A stretch of DNA of 63,658 nt, counting the filler, from Rhabdomonas costata (taxonomy: Eukaryota): the NCBI GenBank assembly GCA_019059605.1. It is 48 parts of 48 records of this genome, joined end to end, with 100 filler letters (N's around TTAATTAATTAA, not from the genome) between each part and the next. Parts side by side here need not be neighbours in the genome. Positions count along the whole stretch, not along the records: positions 50,492 to 51,718 come from JAHMHO010022830.1; positions 51,819 to 53,045 come from JAHMHO010022831.1; positions 53,146 to 54,372 come from JAHMHO010022832.1; positions 54,473 to 55,699 come from JAHMHO010022833.1; positions 55,800 to 57,026 come from JAHMHO010022834.1; positions 57,127 to 58,350 come from JAHMHO010022835.1; positions 58,451 to 59,677 come from JAHMHO010022836.1; positions 59,778 to 61,004 come from JAHMHO010022837.1; 40 more parts are not named here. One strand, given 5' to 3'. The notes below the pieces were generated by a model. That model searched no databases, was not told where the DNA came from, and worked only from the letters and a program-made list of their open reading frames with translations. The position numbers and the translations under genes were made by a program. Below are positions 51,714 to 62,320 of the stretch, piece by piece. Position 1 is the first letter of the stretch, and the number at the start of each line of letters is the position of its first letter.

Positions 51714-54700
51714 AAAAANNNNNNNNNNNNNNNNNNNNNNNNNNNNNNNNNNNNNNNNNNNNTTAATTAATTAANNNNNNNNNNNNNNNNNNNNNNNNNN
51801 NNNNNNNNNNNNNNNNNNGTGGTGTGTGCCCATACTCCTTCGTACCGAGCCGTGCCCCGCGCGGCCGTTTTTGCCTATTTTCCTGTTGAATGTCGCTCTG
51901 AATGTTTCTCTCTCTTGCCTCAGTCTCCCTCTTTCTCTTTCTGTATCGCCACTCTCTCAGTGGCTACATGACGCTTTGCAATGTCCTATGGTTTCAATTC
52001 AATGCCTTTGGGTGGAAGCAGGATCTGTGACTTGCACTTAAGAATAGGTTTAAATACTTCACCACCGAATGGTGTGCACTCAACGATGCGTCTGAGCCTG
52101 AGCAAGGGCAAGTGCTGCGGAAAGCAAGATGGCGTTTTCGAACGGCTCTGGTTGCACTGTTGAATCCATCGTGGCGTCGCACCATTGATCCAGTAAGCGC
52201 TTCCAGACATTGGAGCAGAAGCGTTAACCCAAAGTCATTATCGCAGCCTCACGACTGCGAATCATCGAAGTGAAGTTTGGTCGGCAAGAGGTCCGGGAAG
52301 CAGTACCATTCGGAGAAATGTCTTCCAGTATTCTTGGCCTTCGTTGAGTTGTGCGCTGTGAGCTGCAGGGGGGTCCAAAGCTGCGTATTCAGAACTTGAA
52401 GTAAACATTTGCCATTCGTGTGTATGTGGTGTTATACGCATGTCGAAGCCATTTACGATTTTTCGGAACCAGGTGCGCAACACTTCTCCACAGCAATGCT
52501 CTTTTGCAGTTAAGGTTCTCCCCTCCCCCTTCCCTCCCATCGCCACCCTTCTGGCAAATGACCTTTCTTTGTGTGCAATACACCGCTAGCTGGCGATGAG
52601 TGTTTCCCCGCGAAGGCCCCCGAAGCCTGAGCTGGGGATGGGAGCCCCGTGGAAAGCCTCCGCGTTGCTTCGGTCGCGGTTCCTCCCGGTGATTTCCGTC
52701 TCGCTGTGCTTCCACGTCTCCAGCTCGATGCTGGACCCTGTTTTATGGGTATGCAGGGGTTACCTAGATCTTCACGAGGTCGTCATCGCATTTTGTGGTG
52801 CAATTGGAGTTTAGGGATCCTTGTACTCGAGTTAGCCACAGTATACCTGCCATCCAGCTTCTGTCTTGACCACGGACCGCTGGCACAGTTCACACCTTCT
52901 TTAGCCTCTCACCCAAATCTCACTTGTTCCTCGCTCCAATCTCCCCTCTTATCTTCTTTGTGGTGTTAGGGTTAGGGTCTGTGTTCCAGGATGCCATTTT
53001 GCCTTTTCCGAGTACAGCTCGCTCCTCTCTCAATACACCACCAACNNNNNNNNNNNNNNNNNNNNNNNNNNNNNNNNNNNNNNNNNNNNTTAATTAATTA
53101 ANNNNNNNNNNNNNNNNNNNNNNNNNNNNNNNNNNNNNNNNNNNNGGTTTGGTTGAAGCCCAAATCTCTGCCCTTCGCATTCTTGCGTGGCGTTTGAAGC
53201 ATAAGGTGCACATTCACCATCCGGTGTGCTGCTCATTTCGAAAAGACAACCACCATGCTCTGGAGCTGCAGACCGCTTCAGAAAGCTTTTCTTGGGCAAT
53301 GCCTTTTTATCGCTGATGTCGTCTTTTCTCATCTGATGGCAACTCTACGGTGATTTTGACCCGCTTATCACCAGTAGCAAGAGAATGGGGGACGAACCAG
53401 AACTAAGGACGCGACTGTGGCGGCTCTTTTTGTGACTCTTAGCCATAGCGGTTAACGGGAACTTTTTTCTTTTTGCGTTAGGGTGACTTTTCACTTCTTT
53501 TTTCAGCTGCATTGATGTGTGGAGTGTTGGCCCACATGTGCTTCACCCACCGGCCCTGGGGGCCGTTTTCAGTGCCCCGTGGGGCTGTGTTCCGGCTGTC
53601 CTGTTTCCAGCACACCCCAATGCTGCTCGTTATGTCGGGTATGGAGCTCACTCCTGGGACGAGGCATCGGTGGTTGCTTGGCGTTCAAAAGTGCAGAAAG
53701 AAGAATCAAGGTTAAGGGATTTACAGCGGCTTTCGCGGTGCGCGGATTCTCGGTCAGCGGGTTGGGAGAGTTCCTTGGGCGGTTCGTTGTTGGGTTTGAT
53801 TGGGTTGGGTGCGTTCGAGGGGGGCACCTCTCCTGAGCCGTGCCCAGCTTTTGATGAACGGATTTAGTAGGCAGATCACCCGTGTTAGCTCTTGTAAAAG
53901 CTGAAGTAGGTAAGGTGACCGTGCGCGCCCATCGATTCTTTTAGATACACGTGAGATTGAGAAGCGGAGTGCCTCGAGTATTCTGTGTGAATTTCGAATC
54001 CTAGTCAGTTTGCTGCAGTCCCTGATCATCTTTTCACGGAAAACTCCAGTGTAAGGTGGGTGTAATTGACGTCTGTGTATGTGGGGTAAGAGTTACAGCT
54101 GCTAACATTTATTCCTTTTGAAGAATACATTTAGAATAGTCATTCATAGTCACATCATCCGCCTGCTCCGGCCCTAACCAATGCTGTTTAACTCGTCCCC
54201 CATATCGCAGCCAGTGGCTAGTCCTCTGGCTGCATGAGTTTGACTTGCAAACCAAATAACACTCATCTAGGGAACACTGGCCCAGGTACATGTACTTAAC
54301 CTTTTGCAAAATAACAACTATTTTTTGCTATCACTGGTAACCGTTATGACCGTTATTGGAACCGTTCTCCCTNNNNNNNNNNNNNNNNNNNNNNNNNNNN
54401 NNNNNNNNNNNNNNNNTTAATTAATTAANNNNNNNNNNNNNNNNNNNNNNNNNNNNNNNNNNNNNNNNNNNNGTTGTGATTGGAGGGACCGCTTTTGCGA
54501 GTTTCCAAAACTTTCTCGGGATGAGCTAGTGTTTATGTGTCAGCCTTTTGCCATCCACGCTGGTTTTCCTTGCGTTTCTTCTTGTCAAAGCTGTTTGTTG
54601 CTGATCCCTGCTACGGCAAGAACTTTTGAGCCGGGCAGTGTAGGTGTTCAATTGTGCATTGCTTCCACACAGTCCTGTTCTCGCGCGTTTTCTGATGGCA

Positions 54701-55058
54701 ACCGACAGGCCGACAAACCATCGCTTCGTCCTCTGTTCTCTCCTCTGTGATTCCACACCTTCCAATCGTAAGAACCAGCACGAACACATTTATGGGGCCA
54801 TTCCCAATGCAACAAAGTGCAAAGAGAAGGACGTTAAATAGGAGGGCAACTGAATGCAGCCACCGCTGGATTAATGCCGTGGGCTGGGGGCGTTCACGTG
54901 GGTATTGGTCGAGGCAGCTTCGGTTGGTACTGTGAAAGCGAGTCAGCCTTATCCAATTATCACCAAGCAACTCCCTTTGCTCCTCCCAATTTAGTCCCAA
55001 ACTCAAATGGGAGGAGAAAAAACAACTGAAAAACAGAACAGCCTCCCATGGGACAAAC

Positions 55059-55471
55059 CCTTTGGGAGACATTCACCGGCTCTGGGTACACAAGGCTCTC
55101 ATTCTGCCGCAGGAGCTCCCAGTCTGAATTCCTCCAAAGGCCCCGTTCTTTCGTCGGGCACTGCTCGCAGCTCTTCGAAAGCTCCGTGGCCGGCCACATC
55201 GTGCGGTTGTACCCCGTGGAGTTGTTACTGACCACCCAGAACAGCTTCCCAGTGGTGGCGTCGGAGGCGATCGAGAAGAGCTCCCCTGTGCTTAGGCCTA
55301 GGGCCATTGCCGAGCCCGGGAGGGTAAAGTTTAGGCTTGGAAACTGCTGGAAGCTCTGCATTCGGTGAATCATCCGCTTCCGCAGCTCCTCTGGACATGG
55401 ATCCCCTGATGATAATTCGTCAACATCACCGAGCAGAATGGAACGCATTGAGGTGACAGGTATTGAAGTGC
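55059..55471 (-). CDS. Extracellular sensor exon paralogous to 48379-48684
   Basis: AMALGLSTGELFSIASDATTGKLFWVVSNNSTGYNRTMWPAT. Confidence 0.55.
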
Positions 55472-55799
55472 TTTGCGAAAAAGCCGCATTACCGCCTAGG
55501 TTAAGGATACTGAAAAGCACCAGTATACGGAGATGACGCAGTAAAAAAAAAGCGGCGCATCACTGGTAACGAGTACAGCAGGCTAAGAAAAAAGCACGCT
55601 GGAATATCCCGCTCAGACCCGGTCCCAAGGCGGAGGCAGCCGCATCCATCGCCAGCTGGCTTGTCTCCGCCATCAGCAGCTCCAGGTAGGTCACCACGTN
55701 NNNNNNNNNNNNNNNNNNNNNNNNNNNNNNNNNNNNNNNNNNNTTAATTAATTAANNNNNNNNNNNNNNNNNNNNNNNNNNNNNNNNNNNNNNNNNNNN

Positions 55800-56440
55800 T
55801 TGTGGGGGTAACTGAACGCTGAGCTATTCCTATGCACCTGCACTTCTGCACCCAGCAAGTAATGCCTCCACTCTTACAACGTGCCCACCAGTGCCAGCAT
55901 CTCTTTTTCATTCACTGGGTAATTTTTCTCTGCCTTCGACAACTTTAGCTAACGACATGCCACCAACCTCAGATTTCCGTCCTGCCCCTTCTGCAAAAGC
56001 TCCCAAACCTATCTCTGAGGCATGTGAAGGATCATGGGCTTTGAGAAGTCCGGTACGGTCAGCACGGGGTACTTCAGCAGCCTGACCTTCAGTGTCTAAA
56101 ACGCCTGCTCCTGAGCTTCGCCCCAAACCCACTCACTGTGCTTCTTCATCAGCTCAGTCAACGGCGCTGCTACCGTTGCGTAATCCGGCACAAACATCTG
56201 GTAGAACCCGCACAGTCCTAAGAAACTCTTAACGTCCACCGGTGTCCTAAGCTTCGGCAACACGTGCACCGCCATTAGTTTCTTCGGCTGGGGTATGATT
56301 CCATTCCTCCCAATGATTAACCCGCAATAATCTACCTCTGGCTGCGCGAAAACACATTTCTCTGGATCAGCGGAAAACTTCTCTCGGTCCAACCTCTCGT
56401 ACACCGCTCTCAACGCCACCAGGTTCTGTTCGGACACTTT
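55800..56440 (-). mobile_element. Ty3/gypsy pol remnant (end of RT, connection, RNase H)
   Basis: PEKCVFAQPEVDYCG...DVKSFLGLCGFY...IAAPLT-like VAAPLTELMKK..WVWGEAQEQAF*TLK...PVLTVPDFSKP, ASEIGLGA, and RNYPVNEKEMLALV...WRHYLLG. Stops and frameshifts are present. Confidence 0.92.
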
Positions 56441-57128
56441 GAGCACAACATTTTGTGGAGATTGGATAAGCTGAGAGTTGATGGAAACTTTCAGTTTTTC
56501 GTGCCTCAGTTCACACTGGGAGCCAAGCTACTGAGAGGTTGTCCTTTTGTTCATGATTTACACTTGAGGTACCTTTTCATTCAAGGATTTGAGACAGACA
56601 TGCAGGCAGAGCTGATGACGAAAAGCTTTTGAGTTTGCAGGAAAACGTTGACGCAGCATGGGAGTTCCACAGGAAACTCAGAGCGCCACCCAAGGTCATT
56701 GTTGTCGCGCCGCCAGCAGAGAAAGCGACAGCGAAAACTACAGGAATGGAGCTGGATTCCATGAAATATGGCACCTAGCCGTTTGGAGGGAGCTTTACTT
56801 TAACCAACCGTCTGCTCGAATTCAATCACACGGTTCAGAGAGTGCGTGTGTGGTCGTTGCAAGCTCGAGGGGCCTGAGTGGGATGTCGGTTGACGGGGGT
56901 TGGGACGCCATGACGTCAGGAACTTTGCTGCGGGAGATTGCGTCGCCGCCCAGAGGGGTGCTGTTTGTGGAACGTGGAGAGGCGCAAGCCAACGCCGTTA
57001 GGACACCGTCACATAGACCACACACANNNNNNNNNNNNNNNNNNNNNNNNNNNNNNNNNNNNNNNNNNNNTTAATTAATTAANNNNNNNNNNNNNNNNNN
57101 NNNNNNNNNNNNNNNNNNNNNNNNNNTA

Positions 57129-57359
57129 ATTAATGGTTCGGGAATTAAATATCATACATCTGGTGCTTCTTCAGGGTGTGGTATAGGTCAAAAGATAGCA
57201 TCCTCAATTGTTAGAAATGCAGGACATGCTATCGTTAACAAAATCACCGATTCTATAGGCGGAAATGGAATAAAAATAACAGGAGAAGGACATAAACGAA
57301 AACAAGGAAGACCAACAAAAACCAATGCTGCAGCTTATAAACGTAGACATAAGAAATAA
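57129..57359 (+). CDS. 5'-truncated basic Gly-rich protein; putative virion core/protease substrate
   Basis: Manual translation INGSGIKYHTSGASSGCGIGQKIASSIVRNAGHAIVNKITDSIGGNGIKITGEGHKRKQGRPTKTNAAAYKRRHKK*. It is absent from the ORF track. Confidence 0.65.
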   Translation: MNGSGIKYHTSGASSGCGIGQKIASSIVRNAGHAIVNKITDSIGGNGIKITGEGHKRKQGRPTKTNAAAYKRRHKK

Positions 57360-57365
57360 GTTAAC

Positions 57366-57401
57366 ATAATTAATTAGATTAACAATAATCTTATTAATTA
57401 T
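57366..57401 (+). terminator. AT-rich intergenic hairpin (16-bp stem with 1 mismatch, ACAA loop)
   Basis: ataattaattagatta-acaa-taatcttattaattat starts 7 nt after the stop of the upstream ORF. Confidence 0.45.
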
Positions 57402-57406
57402 TAGTA

Positions 57407-57847
57407 ATGAACAAATATAAGGTGCTCAAAGAGTTTCAAGAAAACCTAGTGTACATTGAAGACATCCTAACTACAAATAGTACAGATAATATACAATTGA
57501 ATAAATTATGCACATATTTATTCGGAACTGACGCGTTTAAGGGTGTATATCCATGTGACAAAATGCCCATACTCAAGAACAATGAGATGTGCATTATAAA
57601 TACAGATAATAAAAAAGGCATTCATTGGATTGCTTGCTACAAATACAAAAATAAAACATATGTCTATGATTCATTTGATCGCAATGTAACATCATTATCT
57701 CCATACTGGAAAAATAAGCACAATTGGGTAAATGCTAATTCAGATCGTGATCAGAGCTATGCATCCAGTATATGCGGTCAATTATGCTGTGCTTGGCTCA
57801 TAAGTGCACAAAAATATACACCAATAAAAATTATGAATATTATTTAG
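57407..57847 (+). CDS. Adenain-like (clan CE) cysteine maturation protease, 146 aa
   Basis: FKGVYPCDKMP, IINTD...GIHW (His), VYDSF (Asp) and Q...SSICGQLC (oxyanion Gln, catalytic Cys) occur in the canonical order. Confidence 0.9.
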   Translation: MNKYKVLKEFQENLVYIEDILTTNSTDNIQLNKLCTYLFGTDAFKGVYPCDKMPILKNNEMCIINTDNKKGIHWIACYKYKNKTYVYDSFDRNVTSLSPYWKNKHNWVNANSDRDQSYASSICGQLCCAWLISAQKYTPIKIMNII

Positions 57848-57876
57848 AGAAATTAAAATATATAGTTTTATTAATG
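57841..57876 (+). promoter_or_regulatory. Conserved pre-ATG motif, copy 1 (copy 2 at 58290-58325)
   Basis: tatttagagaaattaaaatatatagttttattaATG versus tatttagataaataaaatatatagttttattaaATG. Confidence 0.6.
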
Positions 57877-58280
57877 ACAATAACATCTGCTGATACTAAA
57901 GAATTCATACGGGAAAATTACCCCCATAAATGCTTGTGGCGTGATGAAAAGAACCAATACAATCAGCGAAATAAGTATTATGACAAAATATGCAACAAAC
58001 GATATTCTGTGAATGTAAATAGTGACGTTTATAGTATTGTTTGGAAAAAAGATAAGATCGTGGATGATAAATTTAATTACGTTTACGACAATATAACTTT
58101 GCGTTATTATTTTAAAGATGACTTCTTCTATTACAATTTAGTTTTACACCAATTCATGGTTGGAAAAAAAATATAGAAACCCGTGAACGACTTGAAAAAT
58201 TAAATCAAGCCAAACATGATTTTATGAAAAGTCTGAACATATGTGATGATGTTAGACGACATATTTATTCATTCTTATAA
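57874..58280 (+). CDS. Hypothetical viral protein (ATG 57874, stop 58176; -1 frame continues to 58280)
   Basis: Starts directly after the conserved motif. An A8 run at 58164-58171 precedes the stop, and the -1 frame reads IETRERLEKLNQAKHDFMKSLNICDDVRRHIYSFL*. Confidence 0.55.
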
Positions 58281-58450
58281 TTGAAAGTTTATTTAGATAA
58301 ATAAAATATATAGTTTTATTAAATGTTCTATATCTTGGTTGGAAAGAAAANNNNNNNNNNNNNNNNNNNNNNNNNNNNNNNNNNNNNNNNNNNNTTAATT
58401 AATTAANNNNNNNNNNNNNNNNNNNNNNNNNNNNNNNNNNNNNNNNNNNN

Positions 58451-59082
58451 TTGTCGTAGTCGTAGTGCCCGCGGGAGGACCGTACGAGGGTTTTGTCCCG
58501 GTGGTCCACCCCGAGCTGCTCCAGAAAGACGTGTCCCAGCCTCAGCTTCCAGTGCACCGCATGGGCCAGGCTGAGGCTCCGCCCCCCGCACACCGCTGGG
58601 TACACGGGGCTGAACTTCGAGCACGCCGCGATGACCTCAGCCACTGCGGCATCCTCCAGGGGCTTCCCAAATGCAGTGTGGCTGTCCCCGTCCACGCAAG
58701 GGGAGGGCCCAGGCTCGTAGAGCTCGGAGGAAGGGGCCTCTGGCAGGCTCTTCAGGACTTGCTGGCCCCTGCTGGGACTAATGTGCCGGACCTTCTGCGG
58801 CTTGGGCTGCTTCGCAGATCCCTTGCGGGTAGAGGACAGGGGCGAGGTGGCGTCGGAGCGGGTGCGGAGCCACCCCTCGAATTCTTCGGGATGGGTCCTT
58901 TGGGCCTCCGCCAAGACCTGGGTCAGACACTGTTGGGGGTTCTGCGGCTTCACGTGCAGCAGCATCGACACCAAGGCGTCGATGGAGGTGAACAGGCGCT
59001 GGTCTTGGATGTACTCCACATCTTCTTTTGAGACGGAGGCCGCGCTAGGCGTCCTCACGGGGGTGCCCGAGGAGCGGGACAT
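58451..59082 (-). CDS. Protein with an N-terminal RIIa/Dpy-30-like docking domain, 5' part
   Basis: VEYIQDQRLFTSIDALVSMLLHVKPQNPQQCLTQVL in a GC-rich frame open to the contig end. Confidence 0.7.
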
Positions 59083-61519
59083 CGGGACTGGTTATGCGAA
59101 GAAACACGAAGCAGCAAAACACACAGATGAAATGTGCTGTGATAAGGCGGATCATATTAGGAACCTGTGTTTTCAAAAGCCGGAAAGGGCTTAGCTGAAC
59201 CAGACCTGGGGACTTCGAATACACAGACCGGAGTTTGAGGTCAGAATTGTCTTACCATGCCCATTCGGCCCGTTGTGGTGCCCCTAGTCAACTTTTTCAT
59301 ATCACTTTTGCGTCGCCTCTTACCTCACCCAGCGATGGGCTTACGACAGCGCCATCTCATGGGGGATGAGCAGAACGCGTCGGAGCGGATCCAGCCACTC
59401 TGCGACTGTAAGGGGAGGGGAATGGGACCACAAAGTTGGGCACCGCTTTCAGTGGTATGCACAGCTCCTGTTTCTGCAATGCGTGTGACACACCAGCTTT
59501 CATCACCACATACAGATTTCACAGAAGAGTACTGGGCATGATGTGATGGGGTACCATGTGGAGGATCATGTGCTTACACACGTTGTCAGGTTCCGATACC
59601 TCGTTTTTGTTGCGTGTATGCCTACGAAACCAGTGTAGGCATACACGCAACAAAAACGAGGTATCGGAACCCAACAANNNNNNNNNNNNNNNNNNNNNNN
59701 NNNNNNNNNNNNNNNNNNNNNTTAATTAATTAANNNNNNNNNNNNNNNNNNNNNNNNNNNNNNNNNNNNNNNNNNNNTGTGGGTGTGTTTGGGGTTGGTT
59801 TGCCCTCGTCTTTCCCATTCGCCCACTGTCTTTTCGCCCCTTTTTTGACCTTCCGCCTTGCTTGTTTTCTTCTGCAGTTTATTGTTTCCTTTACCGCACA
59901 CTTGGCCGCGCTCTGCGCATTTTCCGCTCTGCTGCTGAATACCTGACAGTGTTGCGGCTTTTGGGCTTCCCTTGCAATCACGATACTTTACTTGCCAAAA
60001 GGCACAAACTCATGCGGCGCACAGTGCGGTCTCCATTTCCGAAGGCAATATTCAGAACAAATTAAATGAAAATTAAATTTTAAATTTTAAATTAAAATAT
60101 AATAATTGCCTTTAAAGCACGTATCTAAATTGCCAACATGTCTGCTCACAGCAACGTTTCAATGTTCAGAATCCAGCGCACACAACAGCGGCAAAGGTAC
60201 AAAGGTTCGGGAGAGTTAAAAAAACAATTAGACGTGGACGGAGACCAGAGATGACACATAGCCTCGGGGAGAGAAATAAAAAAACGCGGAGAAAAGCGCC
60301 CAAGCAGGAAATGGATCAGGGATGTGCACGTGTAGGCACAGGTGAAGGGGGCGTGGGCGAGGCGGGGGTGTTCGTCAGGGCTTGACAATATATTCGTGAA
60401 CGAGCAGGAGGGGAAGGAAGTTCATGCCTGCCAAGGAAGACCTCCTGGCTGAGCTTCTTGCATGCCGCGACTGTCTTCTTGTGAACCTGCACGCGCTGGG
60501 CCAAGGCCCGTGAGAAGCCCTGGCGGTGCATTCCTGGGGGGAGCCGCGTGAGCCGCCCCAAAACGCTCTCAGCAGCTTCAACAAAGGGTCTGACAGCAGT
60601 CTGATAGCTTTCACGATATGAGAAGAGAAAAAAGATTTGCTTCATGAGAGCAGCGAGAATGAAAATGCAGAAAGTAAGAATGATAACGGTGACGATCGAA
60701 ACAGAATGACATGGCCAAACCAATTCCCCGATTCCCCGTTTTCTGACAACACATCACATCTTTTGCATTTCCCGTGCAATGGCAAAGTAGAAAGGGGTGG
60801 TTGCATTGACATGCTGCTGTACTTACCCCTTGTGGGTTTCTCTCTCTTTGTGAACTACCAGGACCAGAAACCCCTCTCTCGTGTTCTGGTTCTGAATAAA
60901 ACATTCGAAACATCACGAATTATCGTTACGTAACTGCTGTGGTCGTAGCGTTGGAGCTTGGCCCTTCGTTTGCACCAACTGCCTGCAGATAACATTTCTG
61001 CTTANNNNNNNNNNNNNNNNNNNNNNNNNNNNNNNNNNNNNNNNNNNNTTAATTAATTAANNNNNNNNNNNNNNNNNNNNNNNNNNNNNNNNNNNNNNNN
61101 NNNNGTTTTGGTGGAAATTATCTGATTGTTTTGTGTAAAAACGTGGAAGTAATTTATTTTTGCCCGAGTGCTGAAAGAAGTATTTATTGCTGTATTTTTG
61201 CGCTGAGGGTGTTTTCAGGTTTTTAAAACTTCCCAAGCAAAAATAAATTACTTCCACGTTTTTACACAAAACAATCAGATAATTTCCAAAAAAACTGAAA
61301 TTAAACAAATTGTGTGTAATTGGTAATTGTGTGTTATTGTCGGTGCTAATAACAATACTGTATCAACACGTAAACCAACTGGAAACAACTGATCAGAGTT
61401 GCACACGATAAAAGTTTGTAAGCAGGTGAGCTGTCTGGTGTGGACGTTACACACAAACAAAAACGTGAACCCATACTGATTCTGGTGTAAAAGCAACAGT
61501 TTTGAAGTGAAAACGTTTA

Positions 61520-62320
61520 TATTTGTGGGAGTTCCAGCCGCAGCGCAGGAGGAGCTACGTAAGGCGCTGACAGCCTATCTTACACGACTTGACACCGCCA
61601 TTATTCCCGACCTCTTTCCGGACAAGCACATTCAAGCCACACTGACGGAGCCACCACACCATCTAGCCCAGCGATCTCTTCTTCAGCGCGCGCAGTTGGT
61701 CGACAAGCAGCGCCTTGAGTCACTCTGTGTCGCCCACTCCACTTCTTGAATTGCCCACTCCCCGATGATCTCGCAGCTCAACCCCAACCAGTTCCGTGCA
61801 GCAGTTCGCTGGTTACTGGGCATTACGCTACGTGCGGCGCCGTACCGTTGTCCATACTGTGGACGAACCGCAGACGCTCGTGGAATCCACGCAGTATGCT
61901 GCCAGAAAACTGCAACCATTGGACGGAGTCACACGGCGCTCAAGGAAGCCCTGGGCCAGATCATCCTCAACGCAGGCTTTGCATTCAAGACATAGCAATC
62001 ACCGCCGGGGGTGACAGACCGTGTACCAGCGGACATACTTGTGGGCAATTACAAAGGCCGCCCTATGGCCATTGACGTCAAGATTGTCACACCAGTCTGC
62101 CCCTCGAATAAACTGCCCCCATACCAACTCCTGGTGGACTCCGCGTGGCTAAGGAAAGTCCGCCTTTCCCGCGACCTCTGCCAATCGGCCGGATGGGGAT
62201 ACCTTTCCCTTTGTGGCCGATACATTCGGCGCTCTCAGGTGCGACGCCAGGAACTTTATTTCAGCGATAATATCGCGCCAGGCGTCCTCGTTCGCTCCAC
62301 TGACACGGGAAGATGTGTCA
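61520..62320 (+). mobile_element. C-terminal zinc knuckle and restriction-like endonuclease of a CRE-like non-LTR retrotransposon, disrupted
   Basis: FRAAVRWLLG, CPYC...DARGIHAVCC, H..LKEAL, RVPADIL...MAIDVKI, RKVR, and after a frameshift PFVADTFG. Internal stops are present. Confidence 0.85.

Larger units (their letters stand above)
57127..58350 (+). mobile_element. AT-rich gene-dense fragment of a Polinton-like virus / virophage-like element
   Basis: Much lower GC than every other contig. Intronless head-to-tail ORFs including an adenain-like protease. Confidence 0.78.

Noticed and set aside
51950..52546. Semi-open minus-strand frame with scattered stops (possible pseudogene)
   Set aside because: No recognisable motif, so it cannot be assigned.
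52964..52977. TTAGGGTTAGGG telomere
   Set aside because: Only two units, internal to the contig.
57772..57873. ORF-track start at 57772 overlapping the protease
   Set aside because: ATG 57874 directly follows the repeated motif and avoids the overlap.
55800..59082. Apparent linkage of gypsy pol, the viral contig and a host gene (integration site)
   Set aside because: They are separate contigs, adjacent only because of concatenation.
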